From Klebsormidium nitens (lineage: Eukaryota; Plantae; Klebsormidiophyceae), in assembly GCA_000708835.1 (NCBI GenBank), contig DF237069.1:124377-188376 (forward strand): 64,000 nt of DNA, in the 5' to 3' direction. Position 1 is the first letter of the stretch. Every line of letters starts with the position of its first letter. The translations under genes were made by a program, and so were the position numbers. Shown in pieces: positions 43,129-56,078 of the stretch. Below the pieces are notes generated by a model. That model had not been told where the DNA came from and did no database searches. It worked only from the letters and a program-made list of their open reading frames with translations.

Positions 43129-46100
43129 CTAACGCAAGACTCTACAGTTGCTCACCTCGTGGCTGGCCTGGTGCGAGACGACCACCTCGCCCGCTGCGTC
43201 GAGGTCCACCACGAGACTGTCATTCTCAAGGAACCCCCCCACGAGGATGTACTCGCTCAGCGCGTCCTCCACAAGCGCCGTCACCTTTCTGCGCAGCGGG
43301 CGCGCACCGTAGCTGCGGTCGTAGCCCTCCTCGCAAATCTTGGTGACTACGCTGTCCGTCACCTCCAGCTGCAGTCGCCGCTCCGACAGGCAGCGCGCCT
43401 TCACCTCCGCCAGCATCAGGGCCACGATCGAGCGCACCTGGGAGCACCGGCGGTGGCAGTGAGCTTGGGAGCAGAGGGAAGATACCCNNNNNNNNNNNNN
43501 NNNNNNNNNNNNNNNNNNNNNNNNNNNNNNNNNNNNNNNNNNNNNNNNNNNNNNNNNNNNNNNNNNNNNNNNNNNNNNNNNNNNNNNNNNNNNNNNNNNN
43601 NNNNNNNNNNNNNNNNNNNNNNNNNNNNNNNNNNNNNNNNNNNNNNNNNNNNNNNNNNNNNNNNNNNNNNNNNNNNNNNNNNNNNNNNNNNNNNNNNNNN
43701 NNNNNNNNNNNNNNNNNNNNNNNNNNNNNNNNNNNNNNNNNNNNNNNNNNNNNNNNNNNNNNNNNNNNNNNNNNNNNNNNNNNNNNNNNNNNNNNNNNNN
43801 NNNNNNNNNNNNNNNNNNNNNNNNNNNNNNNNNNNNNNNGGCAGGTCCGGTCCATGAGCATGGCCTACCTTAAGCAAAACACCCCCTTGGCCCGCTGTGT
43901 GCCCTGCTCGATTTCAAACCCAATATTGACATTGCTGGCAAGGAAGTCTACCCGCCTTTGCTGTCAGCAATCGCAATATCAACCAGAACGAAACGAATCA
44001 AGAATGGCAGGGTTGCATATGGAGCGCCCACCTCGGCCTTCTCGAGGGACTTGAAGACGACGACCTCGTCCAGGCGGTTGAGCAGCTCGGGGCGGAAGTA
44101 GGCCTTCATCTCCTCCATGACCATGGCCTTCATGCGCGAGTACGCACCGCCGTCCGCCTCTGCGGTCGGCAGCACAAAGCCCAGCTGGTTGCTGCCGCCA
44201 CGAGCAATGACCTGGAAAAAAGGTACACCGAAGTGAGCCATCAATAGGAGAAGAAACATTGACAAGTTTGCAACATGCAGCCGCATTCATCCCGGACGGG
44301 TTGCTGGGCTTCTTACAGTCCGACCGAGGCAGACGTTTTAGAATTACAGCCCATCAGTGCTGCAAGAAGCGCCGAAAAAAACTCGCGGAACATGCAACTC
44401 CTGCGCTCTGCACGGTGCCTCATCGTCCGCGTACCTTGGACCCGATGTTGGAGGTCATGACGATGAGCGTGTTCTTGAAGGACACGGCGCGGCCCTGGCT
44501 GTCGGTGAGGCGGCCGTCCTCGAAGATCTGCAGCAGCATGTTGAACACGTCGGGGTGCGCCTTCTCAATCTCGTCCAGCAGGATCACCGTGAAGGGTCGT
44601 CGCCGCACAGCCTCCGTCAGCACACCCCCCTCGCCATAGCCCACGTACCCTGCAGTAGAGACTCTGGTTTAAAAATGACGGCCTCGAGAACAGGCCGACA
44701 TGGAAACAGAAGAACACTTGCAGACCGGAATCCGAGTAAGGCTTAACCAAGAAGCCGTGAATGTGATAATACCAATTTTCGGGAAAGCGACCAGTATCCG
44801 AGTGCCCACAAGAAAGTAACATTTCCAGCCACACACCAGTGCAGTACTGCCCAACTGCAGGTTGGCTGAACCGATGAGTAATGCTTGCTGTTGCGAGTGT
44901 TGTCTGCGGTGGTCACCTGGGGGCGCTCCCACGAGCTTAGACACGGTGTGGCGCTCCATGAACTCGGACATGTCTAGGCGGATCATGGCGTCCTCGGAGC
45001 CAAAGTACTGCTCCGCCAGGGCCTTGGTCAGCTCCGTCTTGCCCACCCCTGTGGGGCCCGAGAACAGCATGGCCGCAATGGGGCGCTTTGGATCCTTCAG
45101 CCCCACGCGAGCGCGGCGCACAGCACGCGCGATGGCGCTCACAGCGTCGTCCTGCAATTTATCAGCGCAGCTGTGAGACGCTGCTGGCAAATCAAGAAAA
45201 AGATGGACAAAGATTTGACACACTTGACCCTATACCTCGTGAAGGAACCCGACCACAGCACGAAGGTGTCCTTTCTGGCCTGAGGCGACTGAAGCACCTT
45301 GACAAGGGCACACCCAGAGCGGGCGTTCAGTGGGCCGCTCCGAAATAGTCCTATGCTCTGCTGCGAGCAAGCTGGCGGAGGAAGTGTTGAGCCCACCTGG
45401 CCGATCACGCGCGTGCGCAGCGTGTCCTCCAGGTCGACCAGGCGCGCACTCTCCTCAGTGGTAAGCTGCTGCACGGGGACGCCCGACCAGATGCTGGCCA
45501 CCGCCGCAATGTCTTCCAGTCCCACCACAACATCCTCCTCGTCCTCCCAGAAGGTGCTGAACCCCGCGCGCTTCACTGCAGCGTCCAGTTCCGAGATGTC
45601 TGCGGCGCCCGGGGCGGCCGCAATGGCGGCCTTGGAGGGAGCCTCCTCGAACAGATTGAACGAGGGGGATGATGGCTCGTTGGCGAGGACCAGCGCGCTC
45701 TGCTGCTGCTTCTGAACTGCCCGGATCTCGGCCCAGATGTCGGCAGGCGCTGCCGAGAGGACGCTCGTCTGGCGCTGCTTGCGCATGTTGAAGGCGCTAA
45801 TGCGGGCGCGGCTGCCAGCCTCGTCGAGCAGGTCAATGGCCTGGAGAAGAATTTAGGGGGACAGGGTCAAGCCACCGAGGGGACAAAGAAACATTTACGG
45901 ACAGACCGTTGCGACAGGGAGGGTGATTTGTCCTCGACGATCTAGTTCTAAGTACGTGCGTCGTATGATTGCCAGTCGGATTTCAAATCCAGTAGGGATT
46001 CTTTGAAAGGCAGAGATGACAACTTCAAGAACAATAACACTCGCCGTTGACTCTTCTGTTGGGAGTCACATGAATCAGCTGTGTGACCTGCAATCATGGT

Positions 46101-48885
46101 TCCGCCTCACCTTGTCTGGCAGGAACCTGTCAGCAATGTAGCGCGCGGACAGCTCCACTGCGGCATCCACCGCCTGAGGGCTGAACTTGCACTTGTGGTG
46201 CACCTCGTACTTGTCCTGGATCCCACGCAGGATCAGCTTGGCATCTGCCTCCGATGGCTCTAGAACCATCACTGGTTGGAAGCGCCGCGCCAGGGCCTTG
46301 TCCTTCTCAATGTGCTTGCGGTGCTCATCCAGAGTGGTGGCGCCAATGCACTGTTGGAGGAGCAAGCACAGAAGAAGGTTACTTCATGGACACTGATTGC
46401 GCGATGGCTTTCTTCCAAAACACCTGATATATCAATCAATCTTGATGCCGAGGATGAGAGAAGTGACAAGGCAGAACTTTAGCATATATTGAGCGCGAAG
46501 TGTCCTGCAGGATAGATTTGTAACTCTTCTCGTCTGCCACCAGCGTTCCACGGGCTTTAGGCAGGGGGGCTTGCATCGCTTTCGGCGCTTACCTGGAGCA
46601 GCCCTCGTGCAAGCGCTGGCTTCAGAAGGTTAGCAATGTCGAGACCGCCACCCCCGGAGCCGCGGCTGACCGAGCCGGAACCGACCAGAGTGTGCACCTC
46701 ATCAATCATGAGGATAACATCCCCCGCCGTCTTAGTCTCCTCCACCAGGCTGGTGACGCGCGTCTCCAGCTCACCGCGCTCCTTGGCGCCCGCAATGAGC
46801 AGACCCATGTCTAGCGACATCACGCGCTTCTTCTGCAGGGGGGAGGGGCAGCTGGCTTGGCGGGCGCTTCAAAGCGGAAAATGATCTACCAGGTTGCATG
46901 GACGCAAGCCAACAAGTCAGGCGGCCAACAAGCTGCTTCACTTTCCATCCACAAAACAATCTCTGCTGTCGCTGGGTCTGGCATTGTTGCTGCCGCTATG
47001 TCTGGCACGGCAGAATGCATCAACAGTAATCTCGACAATCCAAGTGCAGGCGACTTACGTTCAGAAATTCTGGGACATCATCCTTCACAATCCTGAGAGC
47101 CAGCCCCTCTGCGATGGCGGTCTTGCCCACACCGGGCTCGCCCAGCAAAATTGGGTTGTTCTTGGTCCTCCTAGCCAAGATCTCAACGACTCGTTGCACC
47201 TCTTTTGCGCGCCCAATCACTGGGTCAATCTTCCCCTCCGCTGCTCGAGCAGTGATGTCAACACAAAAGTTGTCTAGGGCACCCTTGCCTGTAATCACAA
47301 GATCATAGAGTGAGGAAGGCGCTCTAGCAGCAAACAAGTCAGATGAGAAGTTCCCATAAGGTCTGCAAGGAAACAACCATCTGCAAAGACTCAAATGACT
47401 TGCACGCCACTGAGCTCCAGCGCACCAGCATTTCTGCCGTTAAGCCTGGCAACTGTCAATTGCAAAACAATGAGCTGACAAGCGGTTGCATAAGGTAAGC
47501 TCACCTTTGCGGCTCGTCTGAGCAGACCTTCTAACACCAACACCTGCGGTCGCCCTCTCACTGGCTGGACTAGGGTTCCCCCGAGTCTCCTTTGCATGCT
47601 CGTCGTTGATCTGATCTACAGCCTCTGCTTCAAGTTTCTCCTTCCGAAGGCCCAATCTGAACATCAGCAGAGCTCGAAACTTAGAATCGCACACCCGCTG
47701 ACCGGTAAAATACCGCCAACGAAGAATAACAAAGTCTGCAAGGCTCACAACAGCTCATCAAGTCATTTCCAAGATGCAGGTGTCGCTGCAGACAAGACGA
47801 GAGCAAACATCTTGTTAGCACAACACGTTCTCCTGCTCATGTGTGCAACTCACCTTTCGATCAGTTTGCTCGCGCCGCCATCATCCGCTCTGACGAGACC
47901 CACCAGAAGGTGCTCAGGAGATATGTACTTGTTTCCCAGGCGCTTGCTCTCGTCCGATGCGGCTTCAAAAGCATTCTTGCAGCCCTACAAAGAAAGGAGG
48001 CGCACTTATAGGAGGCCTTTCTAGCTCCTGCTTTTCATGACTAAGAAGACCTTCAGGCATGCCAGTGCCCGTTAGTTGATCTAATTTGGCTGAGAAGGCA
48101 GAACACCTCAAGGAAGAGAACACAGAACTTACCGCTGAAAAGGGGATTTCGCCCATGCCGCCAGCGCTTGACTCTGGAGTAGTGATTTGACGCATTGCTT
48201 CCCTGGCCCTTTCAACTGTCAGACCTGTCCTCAAGAACCCTCCTTCGCCTCTTGCCTCTGCCACCAGCCCAAGGAACAGCTGAGCAGTCCCAACCTGCAC
48301 CGTTTACAATTGGTCCTAAATGTGAGGGTCCAACAATCCTTTTGAATTGGAGAGATGACCTTCATGCATTGATTTTTGGCAGGACGCAGTCTTAGGAGGT
48401 CCAAATAACAAGCATAACAACGAGTAGCTGGATTTCGGGTCCTTCTTGCACTGCAAACAATAATTAAGCTATGAGAAGGGAGCAGCAAGAAAGTCGCGTA
48501 CCTCCCTCTTGCCCAATGCTTTCGCCTCCTTTTGCGAATTCATGACAGCCTTGATGGCTCTCTCAGTGAACTTCTCAAAAATGGCCACAATCACACCTCT
48601 CCGAGCACCGCCCCTGTGCCTCACGCTAGTTGCTGCTGCCAGACTTGCAAGCAGACTGGAGGGACCTGCCACTGATCTGCTTAGCCTGTCCAAAGTGCAC
48701 TCTCTTCTCAAGCCCGTGCAAGAAGCATCCAGCATAATTTTGCTGCATGGCGCATGCTTCTGAGCCACATGGGCTTTGCCAGCCTTGTGACTCCTCCTGC
48801 TTTGCCTGTGGCATCCTTCTCTCGCTGAATTGCTGAGTCCCAAGGAGCTAAGAGCAAAGCTAGGTGCTACTGCACTCATTGCCAT
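43129..48885 (-). CDS. CLPD: Chloroplast Clp protease ATP-binding chaperone ClpD (ERD1-type Hsp100)
   Basis: Transit peptide then [25 protein letters not shown]. Two AAA+ modules: [117 protein letters not shown]. The PIAAMLF and ELTKALA wording favours ClpD over ClpC. One intron contains the N gap. Confidence 0.9.
43488..43839. other. Assembly gap (352 N) inside a ClpD intron
   Basis: Run of n from 43488 to 43839. Confidence 1.
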
Positions 48886-50592
48886 GTTGGCGTATCAACG
48901 TAGAGCAAAAAGGAGTGTTTGACAATCCGCAGAAACAGAGAGGAGCCGCCAGCAATTGATCCAAAAGCAGCACTCTCAAAAACCTCTCACCAACGACTAG
49001 GGCTCCAATTGCAGCGGCTCTACTGACCTCCCTAGCTGTGGGCCTGCTCTGACTTGTAATCTTGCTCGAAAGCGGCTCCTTCCTTCCCCCTGGTGCGCCT
49101 CGCACAGAGTCGACACAAGCGACCTCGAATGCAGAGCTCCTACCGTATACCGGTAGTCCGAGTCTTCGCCAGAGTTCGCCATGAGATTTTGGCGCGCAAG
49201 TACGTGGCACTTCCAACACCTACCGGGCAGACTCTAGGGACACCGGCGTTTGCCACGAGCAAATCCCCGAGATGATCCAGTCTGAGGACCAGCTTTCGCT
49301 GACCGTCGGCGTCTATCTGGAGTATCCCGGTGAATGCAGCTCCCGATCGGTTCAAACTTTGGCGGTGCTGACAGGTGCCGCTGATCTGGAAAGTCAAAAT
49401 TCCAACCGTCTTCAGGCAGCTGGTCTCCACGTCACAAGTGGCACGCGGGAGCGGTTACCAGGCAGCTCCGCGAGTCGCCACGTTGGATTCACATGCATGG
49501 GCATTGGGCTTCTGGGGCCGGAATTTGGGGTTTGCATATTGTCATTTTTGCCCTGGATTGTGCGGGCCTGGATTGGTACTCTCCCCCGCCATGAGGCTGC
49601 ACATCGGGGCGACTGTCCCCGAAATCCTACGAAATTCATTATGGAATCTGGTACTACAGATTTTCGGAGCTTTTGTTGAGTAGGTACTCACCGTCGGTTG
49701 TGTATCCAACGGTGTTAAAATGCAGACGAGAGATCTCGACCAAATCCGACGGCAAATATAGTACCGTCACTCGAAACCCCCTGGCATGACAGTGCTGACT
49801 GACTCGGCCATCGTTGAATTGGCAGCCTACTGAAGAAGCAAACCATCTGCAGATCAAGTTGGTGTCGGCATTGAGCTGCAATTCGAACACATCGCAAGCC
49901 ACTCGCTGGACGCTATTAAGTTCCAGCTTCTCTGTTCTGGCTCTTGATAGACATGCCGGCTCTTTCAAATTGACATATATCACGAGTCCCTATACTAGCT
50001 TCAGTGGAAATACATGCGTGAAATAGCTTATACAATACATGGTTCAGCTTCAGCCTTTCAGGGATGTAAACGAAGTCATGGATCTTCTTCCTTGCAACAT
50101 AATTTCGAAGATCCTACATGCGATACACCCTAGTCTTAGCACACAGACAATGAGCGTGAAATGAGCTATGGACAAATTCTGTGTCGTGATAAGGAAGTTA
50201 CCATAAGGATTGTCAAAAAACTTTTGGCCCTTTTACTCCAGACATAGTGATGATGCAAACAGCAAAAAAATGTTTCATACAGAAAGTGCAGAAAAGAGTT
50301 TAGCGACCTGGCTAAAAGTTTGGGGCTACCACATATACCCTTCAATCCTACCCGAAAACCACCCTCCCACAACCTGATGAGGCGAGACATTTATACAAGG
50401 CTGGATCATCCGCTGTATTGTCCTAGCACTTATGAACAAGAACCCCAAAAACAAGAAGTTTATAGATCTTTCTAGACAACACTATATTTACAAGATGAAA
50501 GCACATGGTGCATCGCCTAGCTTCGCAAAGCCGTCTTTGCTGTTTCTTAGCTGTACACATGCCTGAATCTGCGGCCCTTTTGCCGCGCGGCC

Positions 50593-53500
50593 TTAACTCG
50601 TCCGGTAGCATCCGCCTGGTTCCAACAGCGCTGGCTTTAGGACCTTTATGGCTCCTTTGATAGACCCGTGGCAGGCTGGGCACTGCAGGGCCAGGCTGGG
50701 CGCGCGGTCTTTGGTCCCGTTGCTCTGGGTCCTGGTAGGCAACATCAAGCAGGAGGAGCAGAAGCGGCACCCGCACGGGTCCACCGCGGTGTTGGCCGTC
50801 AGGGTGTGGCACAGCAGGCACTTGTTTGATAGCCGCAAGAGAGACAGCTCGCTCTGCAAGGTGGAGGCAGAGTATTATCGGCACTGACTGCGTACACCAG
50901 CAAGGGAAGCATGAGCTTCGGGCTCGAGAAACTACCATGCACTTGCGATCTGCACATTCAGCATATAGAATCTATTTCGACGTTGGAGAGAACTTTCTAT
51001 CGCCCCGCAGCAAACAGACTGGTTACCTCCGTCGGCCTCTGAAAGGAAAGCACTAACTTCCTGTTGGCGTGCGGAAGGACCACGGTCACCAATGGCCTCG
51101 CTAGTTCAGCATTAACTAGAGACAGGGCATAGGCGTGGGCCCGCACCTGCAGCGTGTGCTTCTCCACGAGCAGCGCCGCGATGTTGGCCTCCAGGTCCTT
51201 GTGCTTCGCCTCCAACACCTCGAGGTCGGCCTGGTGGCCCAGGAACTGCGCCTCCTGCGCCTCCAGCTGCTCGTTCAACTGACGGATCTGGGGGCAGACA
51301 GCACAGACAGTCAAGACGAGACCACCACAGCAGGGACGGCTGCATCATGCCTTCTCCTTGCTATCGCAGTGCTAAGGCTGTCACTACGTCCATCTAAGCG
51401 GCACCACTACAGAAAACGGGAGAGGTCGTAAAGATCTCGTAGAAAACAAACGTCAACTTCACGTTCCAAAACCTCCTTAAAACGGCCGTTTGACTGATGC
51501 AACTCTTTTCCGGAAAGGATATCGACGTCAAGGAGCCCCCTGCTGAACGCCACCCCTTCCAGGTTTGCCCGCAACCTCATGTCTCAACTGCCCACCTGCT
51601 TCCTGAGCGTGCCGTTTGCTGCCCGCTCCTCCCCCAGCTCGTGCCGCAGCGCCGCCACCTCTTCCCGCAGTGCCGCCACCTCCGGCCTCTCCTTAGCCTC
51701 CTCGGTGCGCGTCAGCTCCGCCAGGCACGTCTCCAGCTTGGCACGCGTCGCCAGCTCTTGCTTCAGCTTCCAGGCCACCTGAGCGCCCTCCGCCTCCAGC
51801 CGAACGCGCGCCTCCTCTGCGGTCCGTAGCTCCCACGCCAGGCGCCGCGCCTCGTGGGCCTCACTGCGGGACCGCTTGGGCTCCGCTCCATCGGACTCGC
51901 CTGCGCCCTCAGCAGCAACTAGGCGCTTCAGAGCATGCCGCGCTGCCATGGTGGCCCCAGGCGAAGTCTGCGGGCTGGAAGGCTGCTGCAATGAGGGGGA
52001 AACAGGGTCATGTTACAAACAGATTGATGTTAGAGCACGCGACTCAAATGGGACACCGGGTCAGGTCCTGATAATTACAGACGCTTCGGCAGTGCAACTT
52101 GCCACCTGCACGTTAAGGATCACGGGCTTTACTGTACCTTCTCATATCTCGAAACCGATTGGTTTTGAAATTGAGGAGCACCTTGACGTGCAGCCTCCAC
52201 GGCACATGATACGAGAGCCCAGGGTGCAGTACACAGGTCAGCCTTCCTCTTTACAAGCTTTCAGCACCTGGTACCAGTGACTTACCGGTGCCTTCTCCGG
52301 GCTGGTGGTTGGTGCGGCCGCCTCGTCTGCACTGTCCTTCTTGCATAGCTCTGCGCAGGCCCCCGTGCTCCTTTCTGGCCCGTTGTCCTCCTTCTTGAGC
52401 CGGTCGCTGCTGGAGGGGCCCTGGTGCGTGGACGCCGCCAGCATCTGAGTAAGGGCCTCGTGCGCGCCAGCCTCGTCCTCGTCCATCTCCGAGAAGTCGG
52501 CTGCCCCCAGGTCGCTCACTTTAACTGCAGAGAAAACGCACTTCAAGGTTGCTGCAAAAGCCACGAGCAAAAGTAACATGCTTTCATCATGACGGCTTCA
52601 GATACGCAAGACACCCTGTTCCCGGGGTTTCTATTGGCTGCGTGGTTCCGCCGGATAACAAGAAGCGTTAAGCCATGTTCATCGTCTTGTTTGCAAGCAA
52701 CGATTAGCATATCCGGCTTGGCAGAGCTCAGGCATACTCCGACTCCGATGACCTCTAAGCCAGGAAACTGCTCCAAAGCAGGAGGTGTTTCCAAACGCTT
52801 CGGATCACTGCACAATTGTTGCACCTGTGGCCTTACCTTGGAAGCACCTGAGGTGCTGCCTGCCCGCCTGTTGCTCTGACAGCAGCTCCAGCGAATCCTC
52901 GCGCCGCACTTTGGCTGCCAGCAGCAGCCGGTCCACCGCACTGTGCGGCCGCACCGCCTTCTTGGTGCGCGTCCTCTTCTGCAGCCGGAACTCCAAGCTC
53001 AGGAAGGGGAACGCCTCCTGCTCCTCTGACACCGGCTCCGCCTTGGGCAACTTTCGCTTGCGGCCCCGGGGCTGCGCCTCCTGTGGCGTCTTGTTCCCCT
53101 TGGGGCTTCCCCGAGTGCTCCGCTTGAGCCCCGGCGTTCGCCGCTTGCCCGCCCCCTTGGCAGCGCGTGCCCCGCTGTTCAGGCGCTGCTTGCGCCGCAG
53201 CTCAAAGTGGTACTGGCAGTACTTGGAGTCCTCGATGCGCGGCCGTCCGCACTTCCACCCGGTGCCCCCGGACATGATGCACCGCTTGAACTCCCCCTTG
53301 AGCTCGCCGCCGTCCTCTGTCTTCACTTTGACCCCCTCTGCTGGACCGTTCCCTTGGGCTCCCAGCCGCTCCTGTACATGCCCCTCATGGGCTTCCGCAC
53401 CAACGTCGTCTGCATGTCCCAAGTTGTCCAGGCCGCCCGCGAGCGCCTCAACAATCATGCCCACTCGTCTGAGAGACTCCCCCTTGGGCGACATGCTGCT

Positions 53501-56078
53501 TTCTGGCCGGTAGGGCGGCTCCCGCAAACCAGCATCTGCTTGCATGTCCTGATGCCCCTCTCCCCTCTCCTGCGCTCGTAGAAACGCATCTGGCAGCTCG
53601 CCCAACACGGCTCTGACAGGGGCATGGGCTGTCATGGTGCCACTTGAACCCCCATCTACAACGCTCTCGGCCTTAATGCCAGGCTGCAGTGCCTCCTCAT
53701 TCTTCCCACCTGCTCCGCCCGTTCTGGCCTCCTCACTGTACTTGTGCGCAAGCGCCCATTCTGCCAACTCCTTCTCGCTCGCACCAATTGTCACATCTGG
53801 TCCCAGTGCGGATGCTCCATTCTCAAACTCACCCCTCGCCCATGGCTCCCTTGCTGCTCCTGGGGTCACGGCAAACCGTTTCTTCATTGGCAGGTGCTGC
53901 TGTGGAAGGAGGGGCGGCGGGCCACCATCTTCATCCCCAACAAGCTCGTCACCAGAGGAGTAAGCCTGCTGCCTATCCAGACCGTCTCCCTCAGAGCCCT
54001 CAGAATCTGTACAATCATTTCCCCAACCTCCCCTGTGCACTTCCCTGCGGAGCCCTTCGGTAGTTCCCTGCTGCAGGCTCCTTCTTCGAGTTCTCCTGCG
54101 CCCGTTGCTGGAATCAGGGGCCTCCGCCTCTGCCTCAATGCTCTGAGTGCGGCTCAGCTTCTCGTGCGCCGGCAGGTTTTTGCGGGGAATCAGCTTCCCG
54201 TCCACGTAGTCCCTGCAATGCCGGAAGTCTCTCGTGCATACCAAGAGCCAGAAAATGACCTGATTGACACGGTCTTTGCAGCACCAGCTCTGCATAGCTC
54301 CTAAAGTCTGGCCGTATGCTGGCTTGGGAACTCGCACCTGCTTCATGAAAAGAACAGGCAGCCAGGTATACATGCAATGCAATGTGCAGAATTCTGACAA
54401 AAAATGAGGTGCCTGACATACTGCAACAGCACCTTGCAGTGCGAAGGGCGACCTTGCAATGCATGCACCTTACCTGATATGATATATACAGTAGCGCGAT
54501 CCCGGGTGCCTGGACCTGCTGCACCGCCAGCTGCGGTTGTTGGACTTGCAGCAGCGCTCTCCCTCCTGCAACCCCGGCAGCAACCCCGCCTCCTCCTCCT
54601 TGTCCCAACCGCCCGCTTCTTCGATTCCCGCTTCCTCGTCCTCCCTCTCCTCCACTGTTTTCTTGGCTGCCTTCCTCTTCGGCTTGACGGCGACAAATTC
54701 CTCTTCTTTTAAGGGCTCGTCAACCTGTGCCCCTGCCCTCTTCTCCTCCTCCAATGTGACGGCCTTCTGGCCCCTCCTTACACTGCTCTCCTGCTTCTGG
54801 TTTTTCCCGCCGCCTTTCGAGCTTCTTGAGCCAGGCTTGGTAGTGGCAAGCCCTGCGCCACCAATGACCTCATTGTGCACGCTAGCAACAGCGGCCTCTG
54901 GTGCGGCGACAGTCAAGCCAAATAGCTCATGGCTCCTGGTCTCCTCGCTGCACTCTGCTTTCTCAACGGCGTCAACATCCCCACTGACTTCCTTTGCAGA
55001 GCCATGTGTCGGAGAGGCAGCTCCTTCTTGAGGGTCCCCTGCTAAGGTTTGGCCAATGTGTGCTGCTTCCCCAATATCCCTAGTATGTACAAACTCCTTC
55101 TCATGCCAATTCCTGCACAGAGAAGGCTCAGATGGTCAGTACATGCCTTTTGATAGCATCAGCTCTATGGCTTGATGAAGGAATGTATGCTGGTCAATTG
55201 GAGTCAAAACATGCTGTCACAAAAGGATCCCTCCTTCTGACATCCTCCCAGGAGGCAGAATGGACATGCAAGCTTTCAACAACCTGTGGGCGTCGATTCC
55301 CCATGAACATTCAGCTCTTGCCGCTTGCCTCAACTGAAACTGAGAGCCACATTCCAAATCGGAGTTCGCTAGATGGGACTTACATTCCATTGTTCATCCC
55401 ATGCAGGTTGCTAGCAGCCACCTGCTGATTGTCTTCTTCTTTGTTCCTGCCCTCTGCCACCACTCCATGCTGTGAAAGACCCATGGCCTGCTCCTCCTTC
55501 CGCTTGGCCTGCTCAAGAGTTTCCCGCTCCAGCGCCGCTGCCACAGCAGCTAGGGCAGCCCTCTCTTCTTCAACTTTGAGCTCCTGCAAGTACCAGGACC
55601 CCTCCATTTAACAACAGGCTTCTGCTTAACCTAGCTTTTATTGAAGCAAGTGAACATGGCCTGCGCCTACCAAAACATTGCTTCTAGAGCGCCCTTGCTT
55701 CTAAGGGCTTCTAAAGCCAAAACTGGACACCTCAAACCACCTGTAGTTGGCGCTTTACTTCCTAACTTTCTGGAGCAAGTAGATGCCCCAGTTGCCTGCC
55801 AGATTTTCCACGCCTGCCCAAACTGTCCAATGTTAATACAGAATAGAAAGACAAGGAGCGCCAAACAAGAAGCCCCATACCTGCAACATTTTCCTCCGTG
55901 CAATCAATTCCTCCACAGGATCAGCCCATGAGAACTGATTCTGGTAATATGCAACTCCACATTTGTTGCAAAGATTCTTCTCTCCGGACGGCCCTCTCCT
56001 CCACTGGGAACTCCACTTGATAGAACAACAAAAGCATCCTCCATCTGGCCCTTTCACTTTCCCATCCATGCCCCAAAC
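50593..56078 (-). CDS. GATA zinc finger + two WRC domains + coiled coil + C-terminal RING-like protein (5' exons unresolved, probably further upstream toward 56700-57100)
   Basis: Phase-compatible GT-AG exons 56078-55881, 55583-55384, 55112-54474, 54212-52837, 52524-52286, 51985-51596, 51287-51147 and 50853-50593. GATA CFCCSIKWSSQWRRGPSGEKNLCNKCG (C-x2-C-x18-C-x2-C). WRC1 RCCKSNNRSWRCSRSRHPGSRYCIYH. WRC2 RCIMSGGTGWKCGRPRIEDSKYCQYH. RING CLLC...PCGCRFCSSC...CPAC. Confidence 0.82.

Noticed and set aside
43129-48885. ClpD as a possible novelty or horizontal transfer
   Set aside because: It has a normal plastid transit peptide, many spliceosomal introns and plant ClpD motifs; an ordinary nuclear gene.
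49140-49683. Overlapping 96-135 aa ORFs between ClpD and the GATA-WRC-RING gene
   Set aside because: No domain motif or splice support; most likely ClpD 5' region or promoter.
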